Shown: piece by piece, positions 20,310 to 30,887 of the stretch
Numbering within the stretch: position 1 is the first letter of the stretch
Layout: the number at the start of each line of letters is the position of its first letter
Assembly (NCBI GenBank): GCA_965246715.1
Contig: CBDFFH010000015.1
Span: forward strand, 256,001-320,000
Direction of reading: 5' to 3'
Source: Chamaesiphon sp.
Lineage (GTDB): Bacteria; Cyanobacteriota; Cyanobacteriia; Cyanobacteriales; Chamaesiphonaceae
DNA: 64,000 nucleotides
Notes under the pieces: generated by a model
What the model was told of the DNA's origin: nothing
Databases searched by the model: none
The model's input: only the letters and a program-made list of their open reading frames with translations
Position numbers and translations under genes: made by a program

Positions 20310-21749
20310 ATGCCTGTAGACTACGATTTGGTAATTATTGGGGCGACAGCGACAGCAAGAGCGGCAGCGATCGAGGCATTAAATGTCCGGGCGCGGGTAG
20401 CGCTGATCTTGCCGCACTCAGCTAGCGATCGACTCCATCCGCAACGGGACTTTTACCCCTACGCACTGGCGCAAATAGCTAAAACCAACCGATCGAACCA
20501 ATTGCAGCTTCAGCAGCCAGCTAGCTATCCCTGGAAGTACGCACTAGCAGCGATCGATCGGCTCGAACAACAATCGAGCTTGGCATTATTAGCCACGATG
20601 GGTGTGGACACGATCGTCGGTGAGGGCGAATTTTGTCGTCGCCCTCATTTAGCATTTAATATCGGCCAAAGATACCTCCGCGCTCGTGCTTATCTAATGG
20701 CGACTGGCTCGATTTCCGCTTATCCATTGATTCCTGGGATCCAAGAAGTCGGTTATTTCGTGCTCGATCGATTGCCAGAAGTTGTCGATCTCCAAAAAAT
20801 TCCCCTCCGGTGGGCGATTATCGGTGCTGAAGCGATCGGTGTAGAATTAGCGCAGACACTGGCACGATTGGGGTGTCAGGTATCGTTGATCGTCGAAACA
20901 GCGCAAATTTTACCCTATGAAGATCTGGAACTTGCTAGTCCGATCCAAGCACAATTGGAAGCCGAGGGCGTGCAAATCTATCTAGAGACTCAAGTTACCA
21001 ATGTCAGTCGAGACAATGATGATAAATTAGTGACGATGGGCGACGATACGATCTGCGTCGATGAAATTTTTATCGCCTTACCCGATCGACCGTTAGTCGA
21101 ACCATTCAATCTCATAGGTGTCGGCGTAGATTACGATCTCAAAGGGATCTCGATCGATAACAAACTGCGAACCGTTCATCCTCAAATCTATGCCTGTGGT
21201 AGCGTCTGCGGTAACGTTTCGGGTGGTTATCGCAGCGATAGCCTGACCCGGTACGAAGCCAAAATTGTGGTACACAATGCGCTGACTCGGCGGAAAATCA
21301 AAGTCAATTATCAGAGTTATAACAGCCTGCCATGGGCGGTTTATACAGATCCACCACTGGCACGAGTCGGGATGCCGATTGGCTCGGCACTAAATAGCGA
21401 TCGTCAAGATTTAATCGTGCTAACCCAGTATTTTAAAACTTGCACGCAGGCAATTTTAACTAATACAACTAGTGGATTTTGCCAAATACTAGTCACTAGA
21501 ACCGGACAAATTAAAGGTGCCGAGATTATCGGTCAAAATGCTCCAGAACTGATTCAAATTCTCGCGCTGGCGATCCGCCAAAAGATGAGAATTACCGAAC
21601 TGGCCGCATCTACTGGATTATCTCCGAGTTATACCGAATTTATCTATCTCACCGCACAGGAATGGAAGACTTACCAGCGCACTCGACAGCTGACGCAACG
21701 TAGCTGGCTGATTCGGTGTTTGGATTGGTTGCGAACCAGATTTACTTAA
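20310..21749 (+). CDS. FAD-dependent pyridine nucleotide-disulfide oxidoreductase family (MerA/LpdA-like, divergent)
   Basis: YDLVIIG, ATGS, IIGAEAIGVELAQ, IYACG and PWAVYTDPPLARVG motifs. Confidence 0.8.
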   Translation: MPVDYDLVIIGATATARAAAIEALNVRARVALILPHSASDRLHPQRDFYPYALAQIAKTNRSNQLQLQQPASYPWKYALAAIDRLEQQSSLALLATMGVDTIVGEGEFCRRPHLAFNIGQRYLRARAYLMATGSISAYPLIPGIQEVGYFVLDRLPEVVDLQKIPLRWAIIGAEAIGVELAQTLARLGCQVSLIVETAQILPYEDLELASPIQAQLEAEGVQIYLETQVTNVSRDNDDKLVTMGDDTICVDEIFIALPDRPLVEPFNLIGVGVDYDLKGISIDNKLRTVHPQIYACGSVCGNVSGGYRSDSLTRYEAKIVVHNALTRRKIKVNYQSYNSLPWAVYTDPPLARVGMPIGSALNSDRQDLIVLTQYFKTCTQAILTNTTSGFCQILVTRTGQIKGAEIIGQNAPELIQILALAIRQKMRITELAASTGLSPSYTEFIYLTAQEWKTYQRTRQLTQRSWLIRCLDWLRTRFT

Positions 21750-21838
21750 ATAAATGAAGAACTAGATCTCTCGATCGCTGGTAGAGGTTTTGCGTGGCTA
21801 AATATTCTGTTTTACTTTAAAGTTTATCGATCGTAAAT

Positions 21839-22711
21839 ATGTTAACCGAATTCTTGAATTTACCAGGCTCGATCGGGGATATTTTAACATCACCATTAGT
21901 AGCGCTTCAATTTATGTCACCAGGAGAAGAGATTTTTCATCTTGGTAATTTCCGCTTGAAGTGGTATGGATTGTTAATTGCTTCGGCAGTACTAATCGGC
22001 GTAAATTTATCGATGTGGCTGGCAAAAAAACGCCAGGTCGATCCCGAAATCATGGCAGATTTAGCGATCTGGTTGGTATTGGCCGCAATTCCATCGGCAC
22101 GATTATACTATGTGATCTTTCAATGGCCAACCTATGCCCGCGATCCAGTCCAAATTTTGAAAATTTGGGAGGGGGGAATTGCGATTTATGGGGCGATTAT
22201 CGGGGGAACGATCGCGGCGATTATTTTTGCTAAACTCAAGCGGGTTTCATTTTGGCAACTAGGCGATTTAGTAGCGCCATCTGTCGCATTGGGTCAAGCG
22301 ATCGGTCGGTGGGGCAACTTCTTTAATTCGGAAGCATTTGGCGGCCCGACAGATTTACCGTGGAAGTTATTTATTCCTGTAGCAAATCGCCCATTTGAAT
22401 ATCGAAATTTTGAGTATTTTCATCCGACTTTCTTGTACGAATCGTTGTGGAATTTACTCGTATTTTTCATTTTAATGTATCTATTCATCAACGATACTCG
22501 ACGCAATCGATTAAAGACTGGTGCGATTTTTTTAATTTATCTAATCGCTTACGGAATCGGGAGATTTGGGGTAGAAGGTTTGCGGACGGATAGTTTGATG
22601 CTCGGCCCGCTCAGAATATCTCAGGTAGTTAGTTTAGTTGGAATCGCGATCGGCTCGATCGGCCTAGTCTGGCTGTACGTTCGGCAAAAAAAATTACCCG
22701 ATGTAGTCTGA
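21839..22711 (+). CDS. lgt: Prolipoprotein diacylglyceryl transferase
   Basis: [17 protein letters not shown] and HPTFLYES motifs. Confidence 0.95.
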   Translation: MLTEFLNLPGSIGDILTSPLVALQFMSPGEEIFHLGNFRLKWYGLLIASAVLIGVNLSMWLAKKRQVDPEIMADLAIWLVLAAIPSARLYYVIFQWPTYARDPVQILKIWEGGIAIYGAIIGGTIAAIIFAKLKRVSFWQLGDLVAPSVALGQAIGRWGNFFNSEAFGGPTDLPWKLFIPVANRPFEYRNFEYFHPTFLYESLWNLLVFFILMYLFINDTRRNRLKTGAIFLIYLIAYGIGRFGVEGLRTDSLMLGPLRISQVVSLVGIAIGSIGLVWLYVRQKKLPDVV

Positions 22712-22803
22712 GATTGGTTAGAGTGAGCATCAGCACGATCGTTAATTAGTTCGCTAAATTTGGGCACACTGAGGCTAATCTAATTTTTCAATCGATCGAA
22801 ACT

Positions 22804-23058
22804 ATGGCTAATATCGCCACCGAATATGCCGTCCATCTCATGTTGTCCGGCGGTCATCGTGAGGAAGTCCGCTTCCCCACCGTCCAAGATTTTCAGAAAT
22901 GGTATAGTAGTGAACTTATGCCCAAATCTGGCTCGACTGATTTTATTACCGTGCCACTGAAGAACACTCAGGGCGAATATATGGTGCTTCGACCCGCATG
23001 TGTTGAAGCAATTCGAGTCGAACCGGTCTTTGCCTCCAGTATCGAGCGAGACTACTAG
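22804..23058 (+). CDS. Small conserved hypothetical protein
   Basis: 84 aa, ATG start; GGHREEVRF..FQKWY..RVEPVF. Confidence 0.7.
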   Translation: MANIATEYAVHLMLSGGHREEVRFPTVQDFQKWYSSELMPKSGSTDFITVPLKNTQGEYMVLRPACVEAIRVEPVFASSIERDY

Positions 23059-23162
23059 ATTAGCGATCGCGGTTATTTACCAGACGAGAGGATATTGAAA
23101 CTCAAATCCATTAATCTCGTCACCGATTACTATGCTCAAAGCGTTATTCCTTACATTACTTC

Positions 23163-24374
23163 ATGATTAAGACACTGGCTTTACTCTCCCTGAATCTAGG
23201 TATTGCGCTAGGATTCAATCATCAGCCGCCGTTGCGGGTGAATATCGATCCCACTGCCAATATCCAAGCCAAGCAGACTACTCCCAGTACTTCCCCTAAT
23301 CCCAATTCTGCTGCTCCAGTCATCGAAGAAAGTCCCCTCGGCTTTGACGAGCAACTCTGGGGCAAAACTGGCGATAAAGCAGCACTGCTCAAATCGATCG
23401 ATCACAGTCTGCGTTATATCGAGACTCCCGCAGCTACCAAAGCTTATCAAAATTATGCCGTACAAGGGATCACACGCGATCGTGTGCGGCGTTCTCTGGT
23501 CAGATTTCGGCAGTTAGTCAACACCAGCAAATCGGCAGGTGAACTTCAAGCTGCTGTCAAACGTGAATTTATCTTTTATCAATCTATCGGAAAAGATAAT
23601 AAAGGTACCGTCCAATTCACTGGTTACTACGAGCCAATTTACGAAGCCAGTCGTAAGCAAACACCGGAATTCAAATATCCGCTCTACAAAGCTCCGGCTG
23701 ACTTTAGCAACTGGAAAGAACCCTTCCCCGAACGCGTTCAGCTAGAGGGTGCAGATGGGCTACAGGGCGCGCAGAGCGCTCTGGCAGGCAACGAGATCTT
23801 CTGGATGCGAGATCGATTTGAAGCGATCCTGGTGCAAATTCAGGGTTCGGCAGAACTCCATCTCACCGATGGTACTAAAACTACCGTGGGATATAACGGT
23901 GGTACTAATTTTGCCTACACCAGCATCGGTAAAGAGTTAGCAAAAGATGGCAAAGTTACGCCGAGCCAGCTTACCCTCCCTGGCATCATTAGTTATTTCC
24001 GGAATAATCCCCAGGAATTAAACGTATATGTTCCACGGTGGAAACGCTTTGTGTTTATGAAAGAAACCTTCAAAGGCGAGCCGATGGGGAGCATCAACGT
24101 TCCAGTCACACCCGATCGATCGATCGCGACTGATAAATCAATGATGCCGCCTGGAGCCTTAGCGTTAGTTCACACCGAACTCCCCTACAGTGGCAACGGT
24201 CGTTCGATCGAACAAAAATTAGTCAGTCGGTATGTCCTCGACCAAGATACTGGTAGCGCGATTACTGGCCCCGGACGTGTAGACTACTTCATGGGTACTG
24301 GAAAGGTCGCAGGAGATCGGGCTGGCGTTACTGGCGGCCCCGGACAGCTCTATTATCTATTGTTGAAAAGTTAG
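23163..24374 (+). CDS. mltA: Murein transglycosylase A
   Basis: FTGYYEP, QIQGS and 3D-domain RSIATD..DQDTGSAITGPGRVDYF motifs. Confidence 0.92.
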   Translation: MIKTLALLSLNLGIALGFNHQPPLRVNIDPTANIQAKQTTPSTSPNPNSAAPVIEESPLGFDEQLWGKTGDKAALLKSIDHSLRYIETPAATKAYQNYAVQGITRDRVRRSLVRFRQLVNTSKSAGELQAAVKREFIFYQSIGKDNKGTVQFTGYYEPIYEASRKQTPEFKYPLYKAPADFSNWKEPFPERVQLEGADGLQGAQSALAGNEIFWMRDRFEAILVQIQGSAELHLTDGTKTTVGYNGGTNFAYTSIGKELAKDGKVTPSQLTLPGIISYFRNNPQELNVYVPRWKRFVFMKETFKGEPMGSINVPVTPDRSIATDKSMMPPGALALVHTELPYSGNGRSIEQKLVSRYVLDQDTGSAITGPGRVDYFMGTGKVAGDRAGVTGGPGQLYYLLLKS

Positions 24375-24412
24375 AAAATAACGATTTGTTTGGTAGTAAT
24401 CGATCCAAGCCG

Positions 24413-24449
24413 ATATCCTCGACTTTTTGGAAAAGTCGAGGATATTTTT
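24413..24449 (+). terminator. Hairpin plus T-tract after mltA
   Basis: atatcctcgacttt-ttgg-aaaagtcgaggatat-tttt. Confidence 0.6.
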
Positions 24450-24592
24450 GCAAGCGAGGCTCGCTAAAATAGAACTTCGTGCTGGGCGAATTCACAATTC
24501 ATAATTCACAATTCATAATTTTTCTGGTTCAGGTGCCAGTAATTTTGTAAAATATCGATCGGACTACTCCACTGCAAAACCGATCCTCACCC

Positions 24593-25318
24593 ATGCCTGA
24601 TTCTACCGCTTCACCATCGATGCCCTTAGATCTCATTGAGTTGAAGGATAAGTTCGCGACTAGCACCACCAAAGAGCGATTGCAGATTCTCCCCAAGATC
24701 GTTGCGGCTGGAGTCCCTGGTATCGAATTATTAATCGACTGGCTCCACCACCAACGGGGAGAACTGCCGACAATTGTTACCGGAAATGTTTATCAAGCTT
24801 TATATGATAGCGAAGTCCCCGTCGCTAGAGAATTTCTCGATCGGGAGTTTCGCGATGGGATCGTACCATTGCGATCGAGTATGGGGATCGATTACACCAC
24901 GCTGCAAAAATTATTAGCCCGCCGTGAATTTCAAGCTGCCGATAAATTGACAGCAGAAAAACTCTGCGAGCTTGCAGGTACTGACGCGATCCAACGGAAG
25001 TGGATTTATTTTACGGAAGTCGAACGCCTACCACAACTCGACCTACACACGATCGATTCCCTGTGGAAATTACATTCCGAAGGTAAGTTTGGCTTCTCGA
25101 TTCAGCGCGATATGTGGCTGGGGATGGGCAAAAACTGGGATAAACTCTGGGTAAAAATCGGCTGGAAAAACGGTAATAACTGGACGCGCTATCCTGGATC
25201 GTTTACATGGGATCTGACAGCTCCCCAAGGGCATTTGCCCCTATCGAATCAATTGCGTGGTGTCAGGGTAATGTCATCGTTGCTATCGCATCCCGCTTGG
25301 AGCGAAATCGGTAGTTAA
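24593..25318 (+). CDS. gun4: GUN4 (Ycf53) Mg-chelatase activator
   Basis: SEGKFGFSIQR, WTRYP and APQGHLPLSNQLRG motifs. Confidence 0.92.
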   Translation: MPDSTASPSMPLDLIELKDKFATSTTKERLQILPKIVAAGVPGIELLIDWLHHQRGELPTIVTGNVYQALYDSEVPVAREFLDREFRDGIVPLRSSMGIDYTTLQKLLARREFQAADKLTAEKLCELAGTDAIQRKWIYFTEVERLPQLDLHTIDSLWKLHSEGKFGFSIQRDMWLGMGKNWDKLWVKIGWKNGNNWTRYPGSFTWDLTAPQGHLPLSNQLRGVRVMSSLLSHPAWSEIGS

Positions 25319-25361
25319 GCTAATTGCAGTAGAGACGTTCCTGTAGAACGCCTCTATTACG

Positions 25362-25688
25362 CTAATGACGATCGTCACTGTCCCGATCTTCGCGCTCTTG
25401 GCGCTCTTGCCGATCTCGACGATATTCATACGATCCATGGCGTTCGCGCCGCTCGCTCCGTTCTTCCCGCCGAGAATTGCGGTGTTCCGGTTGACCGAGA
25501 ATTATAGTTGTCGAACCTACTTTAATCGCCGCAGAAGAGGGGAAGCTGACGACTACTTGTGCATAGCGATTATTCGCAGGATTTTGGTTGGCTGGAGCGG
25601 CATTGGTTGGTGCATTCATTGCCATTACTGGCTGTGAGATGGCGGTGGTAATAGCGACACCGATCGCTAAAGTAATTGTTTTTAACAT
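25362..25688 (-). CDS. Small secreted hypothetical protein with charged R/E/D tail
   Basis: ATG at 25688 gives a signal peptide (MLKTITLAIG..VMA); Arg/Glu-rich C-terminus. Confidence 0.6.
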   Translation of the reverse strand: MLKTITLAIGVAITTAISQPVMAMNAPTNAAPANQNPANNRYAQVVVSFPSSAAIKVGSTTIILGQPEHRNSRREERSERRERHGSYEYRRDRQERQEREDRDSDDRH

Positions 25689-26105
25689 ATATGGCTTGCG
25701 AGTTTGTTTGGTCGATCTAAAGGCTGGTGCCAATCGAGTTGCTATCGGAGATATACCGATCGTACTCGTTACCAAGTAATTGTAACATCTACCCATAGTC
25801 ACGACTTTACAGTCAAACCTACTGTATATATTGCGATCGAGTGAAACTAACGAGCGTTTTTGTTGCAATAAAATGGTTTAACTTTACCCGCCCATCGATC
25901 GGCAAAACTAGCAAGATAGATATCATCCCAGCAACAACTTCCCGATGCTTAATTAAGTGCAATTTCTCATAGACTAGCAAATGCTAATATAAACTCCATT
26001 CTCCAAGAAGAGACTTCGCCAACGACAGTTTCAATTTCTGTTTCGATTGATTTGGATAACTTGAGTCACATTATCTCTCAACTTCATATAATAACTCTCG
26101 CCTAT

Positions 26106-26334
26106 AAATCCCCTCCTTGGAGGGGTGCCCGAAGGGCGGGGTGCCCGAAGGGCGGGGTGGGTTAGATCTTCCTTGTCACCATCTAAATTCGAATGCGTTA
26201 ACATCGCTAGAATCAAATAACAAACCTGGTATGTCCATGCTAAATCTCCAGAGATGAGGTAATTGAAAGATTGTTAGTGAGTCGCGGAGATCTACCCACC
26301 CCGCCTTTCAGGCACCCCTCCGAGGAGGGGATTT
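26106..26334. repeat. Inverted pair of CCCCTCC..GGAGGGG..GGGGTGGGT REP-like repeats
   Basis: 26106-26163 (with internal tandem ggggtgcccgaagggc x2) versus 26294-26334. Confidence 0.75.
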
Positions 26335-26406
26335 TATTGACTTGTGGGTGGGTGAACGGGAATACTAATTGTAAGCACGAATATTCCCACCTCAGCCGCC
26401 TCAGCT

Positions 26407-27789
26407 ATGAGCTACTGCATCAGCCCCACCTGTCCCGCTCCAGATAAGAATAGCCCCACCACCAATTTCTGTATGTCCTGTGGGGCGAAGATCCTGCTCA
26501 AGGATCGCTATCGTGCGCTGAAGTTATTGGGACAAGGTGGGTTTGGTAAAACCTTCAAAGCAGTGGATGAAGACCAACCCCGTAAGCCGTTGTGTGCCAT
26601 CAAACAGTTTGCATTTAGCAACAATCATCCCGCTACCAGACAGATTGCGCTCAAGCTGTTCTACGAGGAGGCACAACATTTAGAGGCTTTGGGCAAACAC
26701 GACCAGATTCCCGAACTCCTTGCCTATTTTGATGTCGAGGGTCAACCCTATCTGGTGCAACAGTTTATCGATGGGCAAGATTTGGAGCAGGAATTAGCCA
26801 CCGCAGGCACTTTTAACCAAGCCAAGATCCGCGAATTACTGGAGTCGTTATTACCAGTTTTAGATTTCTTACACCATCAGTCACCACCAGTGATTCATCG
26901 CGATATCAAGCCAGCCAATATTATTCGGCGGCGTAGTGATGGTGGTTTGGTATTGGTCGATTTTGGTGCGGCGAAGCAGGCGACTCAATCGATGTTGGCT
27001 AAAACTGGAACGGCGATTGGTAGTGCGGAATTTGTAGCACCGGAGCAAGCTAGACGGAAGCCAGTATTTGCTAGCGATATTTATAGTTTAGGGGTAACTT
27101 GTATCTACTTGCTCACTCAAGTTTCACCTTTCGATTTGTTCGATATAAATCAGGATGCTTGGGTGTGGCGAGATTATTTAGTGAATAATCCGGTGGATGA
27201 AAAGCTGGGTAAGGTATTAGACAAGATGATTGCTAATTCTCTGAATCAACGATATCAATCGGCAGCAGAGGTATTAGCAGCATTAGAGCAAAAACTCGAT
27301 CGTTTCAATACTTTATTCAATCCAGCCATCCAAGCACCTCATCGAGTGCCATTAAAACTAGATGCTCAAAACAACATTCTTGCGGCATTTCGGCGTGGAC
27401 AAAGAGTTTTTAGCGAGATGGATCTCAGTAGTCTCGATTTCTCCAAAGCCCACCTACCTGGCATTACTCTCTCCATTGCCAATTGTGCCTATATCAACCT
27501 CCAGGGTGCGAACTTATCTCGTGGCAAGTTCGATAAAGCCGATCTCGGTGGTGCAGTACTCAAGAATACCGATCTCAGTTTCGGCTTTTTTAGCTATGCC
27601 AACCTGCAAAATGCCGATCTGCGGGGTGCCGATCTGAGTGAAGCCTATCTCAATCATGCCAATCTGAATGGTGCGAATTTGTGTGGCGCAAATTTGAAAG
27701 GTGCCAAAGTTACAGAAGAACAGTTAAATCAAGCTAAAACAAATGTTATGACTGTCTTTCCCAATGGAAAACGCGGCGGATTCTGGTAG
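26407..27789 (+). CDS. Ser/Thr protein kinase with 4-Cys N-terminus and pentapeptide repeats (SpkB-like)
   Basis: LGQGGFG, HRDIKPAN, DFG and APE motifs; A(D/N)LXX repeats. Confidence 0.92.
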   Translation: MSYCISPTCPAPDKNSPTTNFCMSCGAKILLKDRYRALKLLGQGGFGKTFKAVDEDQPRKPLCAIKQFAFSNNHPATRQIALKLFYEEAQHLEALGKHDQIPELLAYFDVEGQPYLVQQFIDGQDLEQELATAGTFNQAKIRELLESLLPVLDFLHHQSPPVIHRDIKPANIIRRRSDGGLVLVDFGAAKQATQSMLAKTGTAIGSAEFVAPEQARRKPVFASDIYSLGVTCIYLLTQVSPFDLFDINQDAWVWRDYLVNNPVDEKLGKVLDKMIANSLNQRYQSAAEVLAALEQKLDRFNTLFNPAIQAPHRVPLKLDAQNNILAAFRRGQRVFSEMDLSSLDFSKAHLPGITLSIANCAYINLQGANLSRGKFDKADLGGAVLKNTDLSFGFFSYANLQNADLRGADLSEAYLNHANLNGANLCGANLKGAKVTEEQLNQAKTNVMTVFPNGKRGGFW

Positions 27790-27948
27790 AGAATATTAAA
27801 AACAGATAGATTCACAAACCATTTAGATTTATTGACACCGTAGTTCAATTGGATATTCAGTGAAATTAGGATCGTTTATAAGCTGTTCGACATTTAAAGT
27901 ATGTCCGCCGTTGGTTTCGACTCCGCTCAACCAACTGGTTTGAAAAAG

Positions 27949-28278
27949 TCAGGTAGGTGATTTAGATGTTCCACAGCTTAGACTAGTCTCGATTGGATCG
28001 CGATGATGAAGCGGTAGATTCATTACCCTAACTGTATCGGCGAAAGAAATTGGTAACAAGATGATTCCAGCAGGTTCTAAACTAGCTTCGATCGATTCAT
28101 AGTTCGATCTGAGCGATAATTTTCCAATGCTTAATTTAATCGCTATTTCCCGTAGACTAGCAATGCCAAGATAAACTCGATCTGCATTTTCAACGTCTAT
28201 CTTTATCGATTCGGGCAATTTGGGATCGTTCTCTGAATACCAGATGAAAGCATGAGTATCCAAAAGTAAATTAGTCAC
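27949..28278 (-). pseudogene. vapC: VapC PIN toxin, C-terminally truncated
   Basis: LLLDTHAFIW present, but homology stops after HHRDP; the expected FDR..AQA..D segment is missing. Confidence 0.7.
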
Positions 28279-28493
28279 TATGTATACTCCTGAAAATCTT
28301 TTAGTGGCTCATCAAAGTCCTCGGATAGGGGTAAAGCAAATGTGCCTTTTAGAAAGCCTGCTTGCCGCTTTTTTTGTGGTGGCGAAGTATTTTTAGTATG
28401 AGTTTCTAGTAAGAATTGCGTATAGTGAAGGACTTCTTGCTGAAGTGAATCAGGCAATTTGTGAAGATATTCTAAGATTGTGGTTTCTAGCAT
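28278..28493 (-). CDS. DUF2281-type antitoxin
   Basis: LPDSLQQEVLHY..RQAG..DFDEPL; stop overlaps the vapC start by 1 nt. Confidence 0.8.
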   Translation of the reverse strand: MLETTILEYLHKLPDSLQQEVLHYTQFLLETHTKNTSPPQKKRQAGFLKGTFALPLSEDFDEPLKDFQEYT

Positions 28494-28534
28494 TGCGGAA
28501 CCTCAGTTTATGTCTGTATTTATATTGTTATCTA

Positions 28535-28810
28535 TTAATTTACTTTGAACTCGCTCATCGATCCATCGATCGAATTCAACACTATCCCCATATTCCGCCT
28601 CACATCAATATCATTAAACCTTAAAAATCTCACACCCAAAGATTCTAAACGTTCCTGTCTAATTTCATCGTTAATCTTTGCTTCTTCGCCATCGTGACTG
28701 CTGCCATCAATCTCACTAGCTAGCTTCACATCCTTGCAATAGCGATCGATCGGACGTTGCCTGTCAAAATCATAACCCCGCATCTACTTCCGTTTCAAGC
28801 GTTGCCACTC
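28535..28810 (-). pseudogene. DUF559 (Vsr-like endonuclease) remnant
   Basis: WQRLKRK*MRGYDFDRQRPIDRY|CK..EIDGSSH: in-frame TAG, missing IVDFY-type segment, missing N-terminus. Confidence 0.8.
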
Positions 28811-28826
28811 AATCCGATCTGCCCGA

Positions 28827-29507
28827 TTACTTATAACCTTTCAGTTGCTTATTAGTTTCTCTCTGCAACTCAGCGGCAATTTTGAACATTTCAATGCCAT
28901 CGTGGAGATACTGTTCATCGTAATTCATGATGTAGAAATTTAACTCCCTAATCCCATCGGATACTTGGTTGATACAGTAGTAGAGATTGGCGGCAACACC
29001 TGCGATCGAGGTAGGATTGGGCATCGAATGAAATGTTTTCTCGATCTTTTGTAAATGTCGCTGGCAATCAGTCACATAAGCCTCAAAAGTTGCCATCAAG
29101 TCATCATCGAACGGATCGGCAGAGAGTTCCCGGATCTGGGCTTTTAGCGGTTTGATAATCCAATTAATCGTCCGATTAATCGGCGTGTAAACCTGATTCA
29201 GCCACAAGACTAATTCTTCATCTAACTCGCGTCCTACCGTGCGCGGACGGCGGGGAGTAGCCGCTGGGGTGGTTTGTTGGCGGGGGATGGCTACTGCTGG
29301 TTGCAGCAGATAATCGTATTCGCGCCGCTTGCGCTCATCGCTTAATATTTCATAAGCCGCATTGATCTTGACGATACGTTCGGAATTAGCTTTGCCACCA
29401 TTCACATCAGGGTGAAATTTCTTCGCCAACTGCCGATAAGACTGTTTGATCTCATCAGCAGTGGCTTTAGCGGATATTTGGAGGGTTTGGTAGTGCGTTT
29501 CTGGCAT
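28827..29507 (-). CDS. DnaJ-domain protein
   Basis: N-terminal J domain with FHPD and INAAYEILSD. Confidence 0.9.
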   Translation of the reverse strand: MPETHYQTLQISAKATADEIKQSYRQLAKKFHPDVNGGKANSERIVKINAAYEILSDERKRREYDYLLQPAVAIPRQQTTPAATPRRPRTVGRELDEELVLWLNQVYTPINRTINWIIKPLKAQIRELSADPFDDDLMATFEAYVTDCQRHLQKIEKTFHSMPNPTSIAGVAANLYYCINQVSDGIRELNFYIMNYDEQYLHDGIEMFKIAAELQRETNKQLKGYK

Positions 29508-29632
29508 GAAGCTAGTGGCTAGTGACTAACTAGTGGCTAGTGACTAGTGGCTAGTGGGTGGATAGGTGACAGTGGCGGATATCGGACAAGGAAAAATTAC
29601 TGGCTTTACATGGGATAATCCAAAATCCAAAA

Positions 29633-30583
29633 TCAAACAGTCTTAGGATCGGGATCTTGAAATAGCGGCGTGCTCAGATAGCGTTCGCCGAAACTAGGCT
29701 GAATCATGACGATTAGTTTACCTTGATTTTCGGGACGACGACCGACAACGATCGCGGCATACAATGCAGCACCTGTCGAAATTCCTGACAATAAACCTTC
29801 TTCCTTGGCGAGTCTACGACCGTATTCGATCGATTGTTGGTCGGTGACGGTAATTACTTCATCGATTAGCGCGATTTTCAATACCTGCGGTACGAATCCA
29901 GCACCGATACCTTGGATTTTGTGTGGGCCGGGTCTGCCACCTGAGAGGACGGGACTATTGGTGGGTTCGACGGCAATAACTTTAAAATCAGGATTGCGAG
30001 ATTTGATGACCTCAGCGACCCCCGTAATCGTTCCGCCAGTACCGACACCAGCAACTAGGATATCTACTTTACCATCAGTATCCGCCCAAATTTCTTCAGC
30101 GGTGGTTAGTCGATGGATTTGCGGATTGGCGGGATTGCGAAATTGCTGCAACATATAAGCGTGCGGCGTTTTATCGGTAATCTCCTGAGCACGACGAATG
30201 CAACCGCTCATCCCTTCGACACCCGGAGTCAGTTCTAATTCGGCACCGTAGGCTTTGAGCATCGCCCGCCGTTCGGTACTCATCGTTTCGGGCATCGTTA
30301 GGATCAACCGATAACCTTTCGCTGCTGCGGCCATTGCTAGGGCGATGCCAGTGTTGCCCGATGTGGGTTCGACTAAAATTGTTTTATGCGGAGCGATCAA
30401 GCCTTCCTTTTCGGCAGCTTCGATCATATGCACCCCAATCCGATCCTTAACAGATGCTGCAGGATTCATCCCTTCGAGTTTGACGACAATCTCCGCGACA
30501 CAGCCTTCTGCTTGGGGGATCCGATTGAGTCTGACTAAGGGTGTGCGACCGATTAATTCAGTAACATTATTAGCAATTTTCAT
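29633..30583 (-). CDS. cysK: Cysteine synthase A
   Basis: SVKDR (PLP Lys), PTSGNTG, GVGTGGT and HKIQGIGAG motifs. Confidence 0.96.
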   Translation of the reverse strand: MKIANNVTELIGRTPLVRLNRIPQAEGCVAEIVVKLEGMNPAASVKDRIGVHMIEAAEKEGLIAPHKTILVEPTSGNTGIALAMAAAAKGYRLILTMPETMSTERRAMLKAYGAELELTPGVEGMSGCIRRAQEITDKTPHAYMLQQFRNPANPQIHRLTTAEEIWADTDGKVDILVAGVGTGGTITGVAEVIKSRNPDFKVIAVEPTNSPVLSGGRPGPHKIQGIGAGFVPQVLKIALIDEVITVTDQQSIEYGRRLAKEEGLLSGISTGAALYAAIVVGRRPENQGKLIVMIQPSFGERYLSTPLFQDPDPKTV

Positions 30584-30887
30584 AGCGATCGATCTGTGAG
30601 TTTGGTTAAATACCCTATCTTATACTTTATCCTTAAATTCCCTGCGACATCATTGGTTTAGGGTTTGTCGCAACCGAATCTGTTAGTTTCTCTGATTCTC
30701 CACCAGCGAGACTGCTACGTCACGGCGACCGAGACTAAACTCGGAGCCGATTATTCACAATGGATGGCAGATCTCCCAAACAAACCCGTTATGATTAGTG
30801 TTGAATCTAAATACCCCTAATTCTCAACCCCAGACACTATTCACTGTCAACTGTCAACTGTCAACTGCCCCCTACCCCCTAAGATCG

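Noticed and set aside
26031..26216. 61-aa ORF
   Set aside because: Translation of a REP-like repeat (LTHPALRAP..).
30600..30887. Possible tRNA or riboswitch between cysK and gshA
   Set aside because: No cloverleaf or recognisable aptamer consensus.
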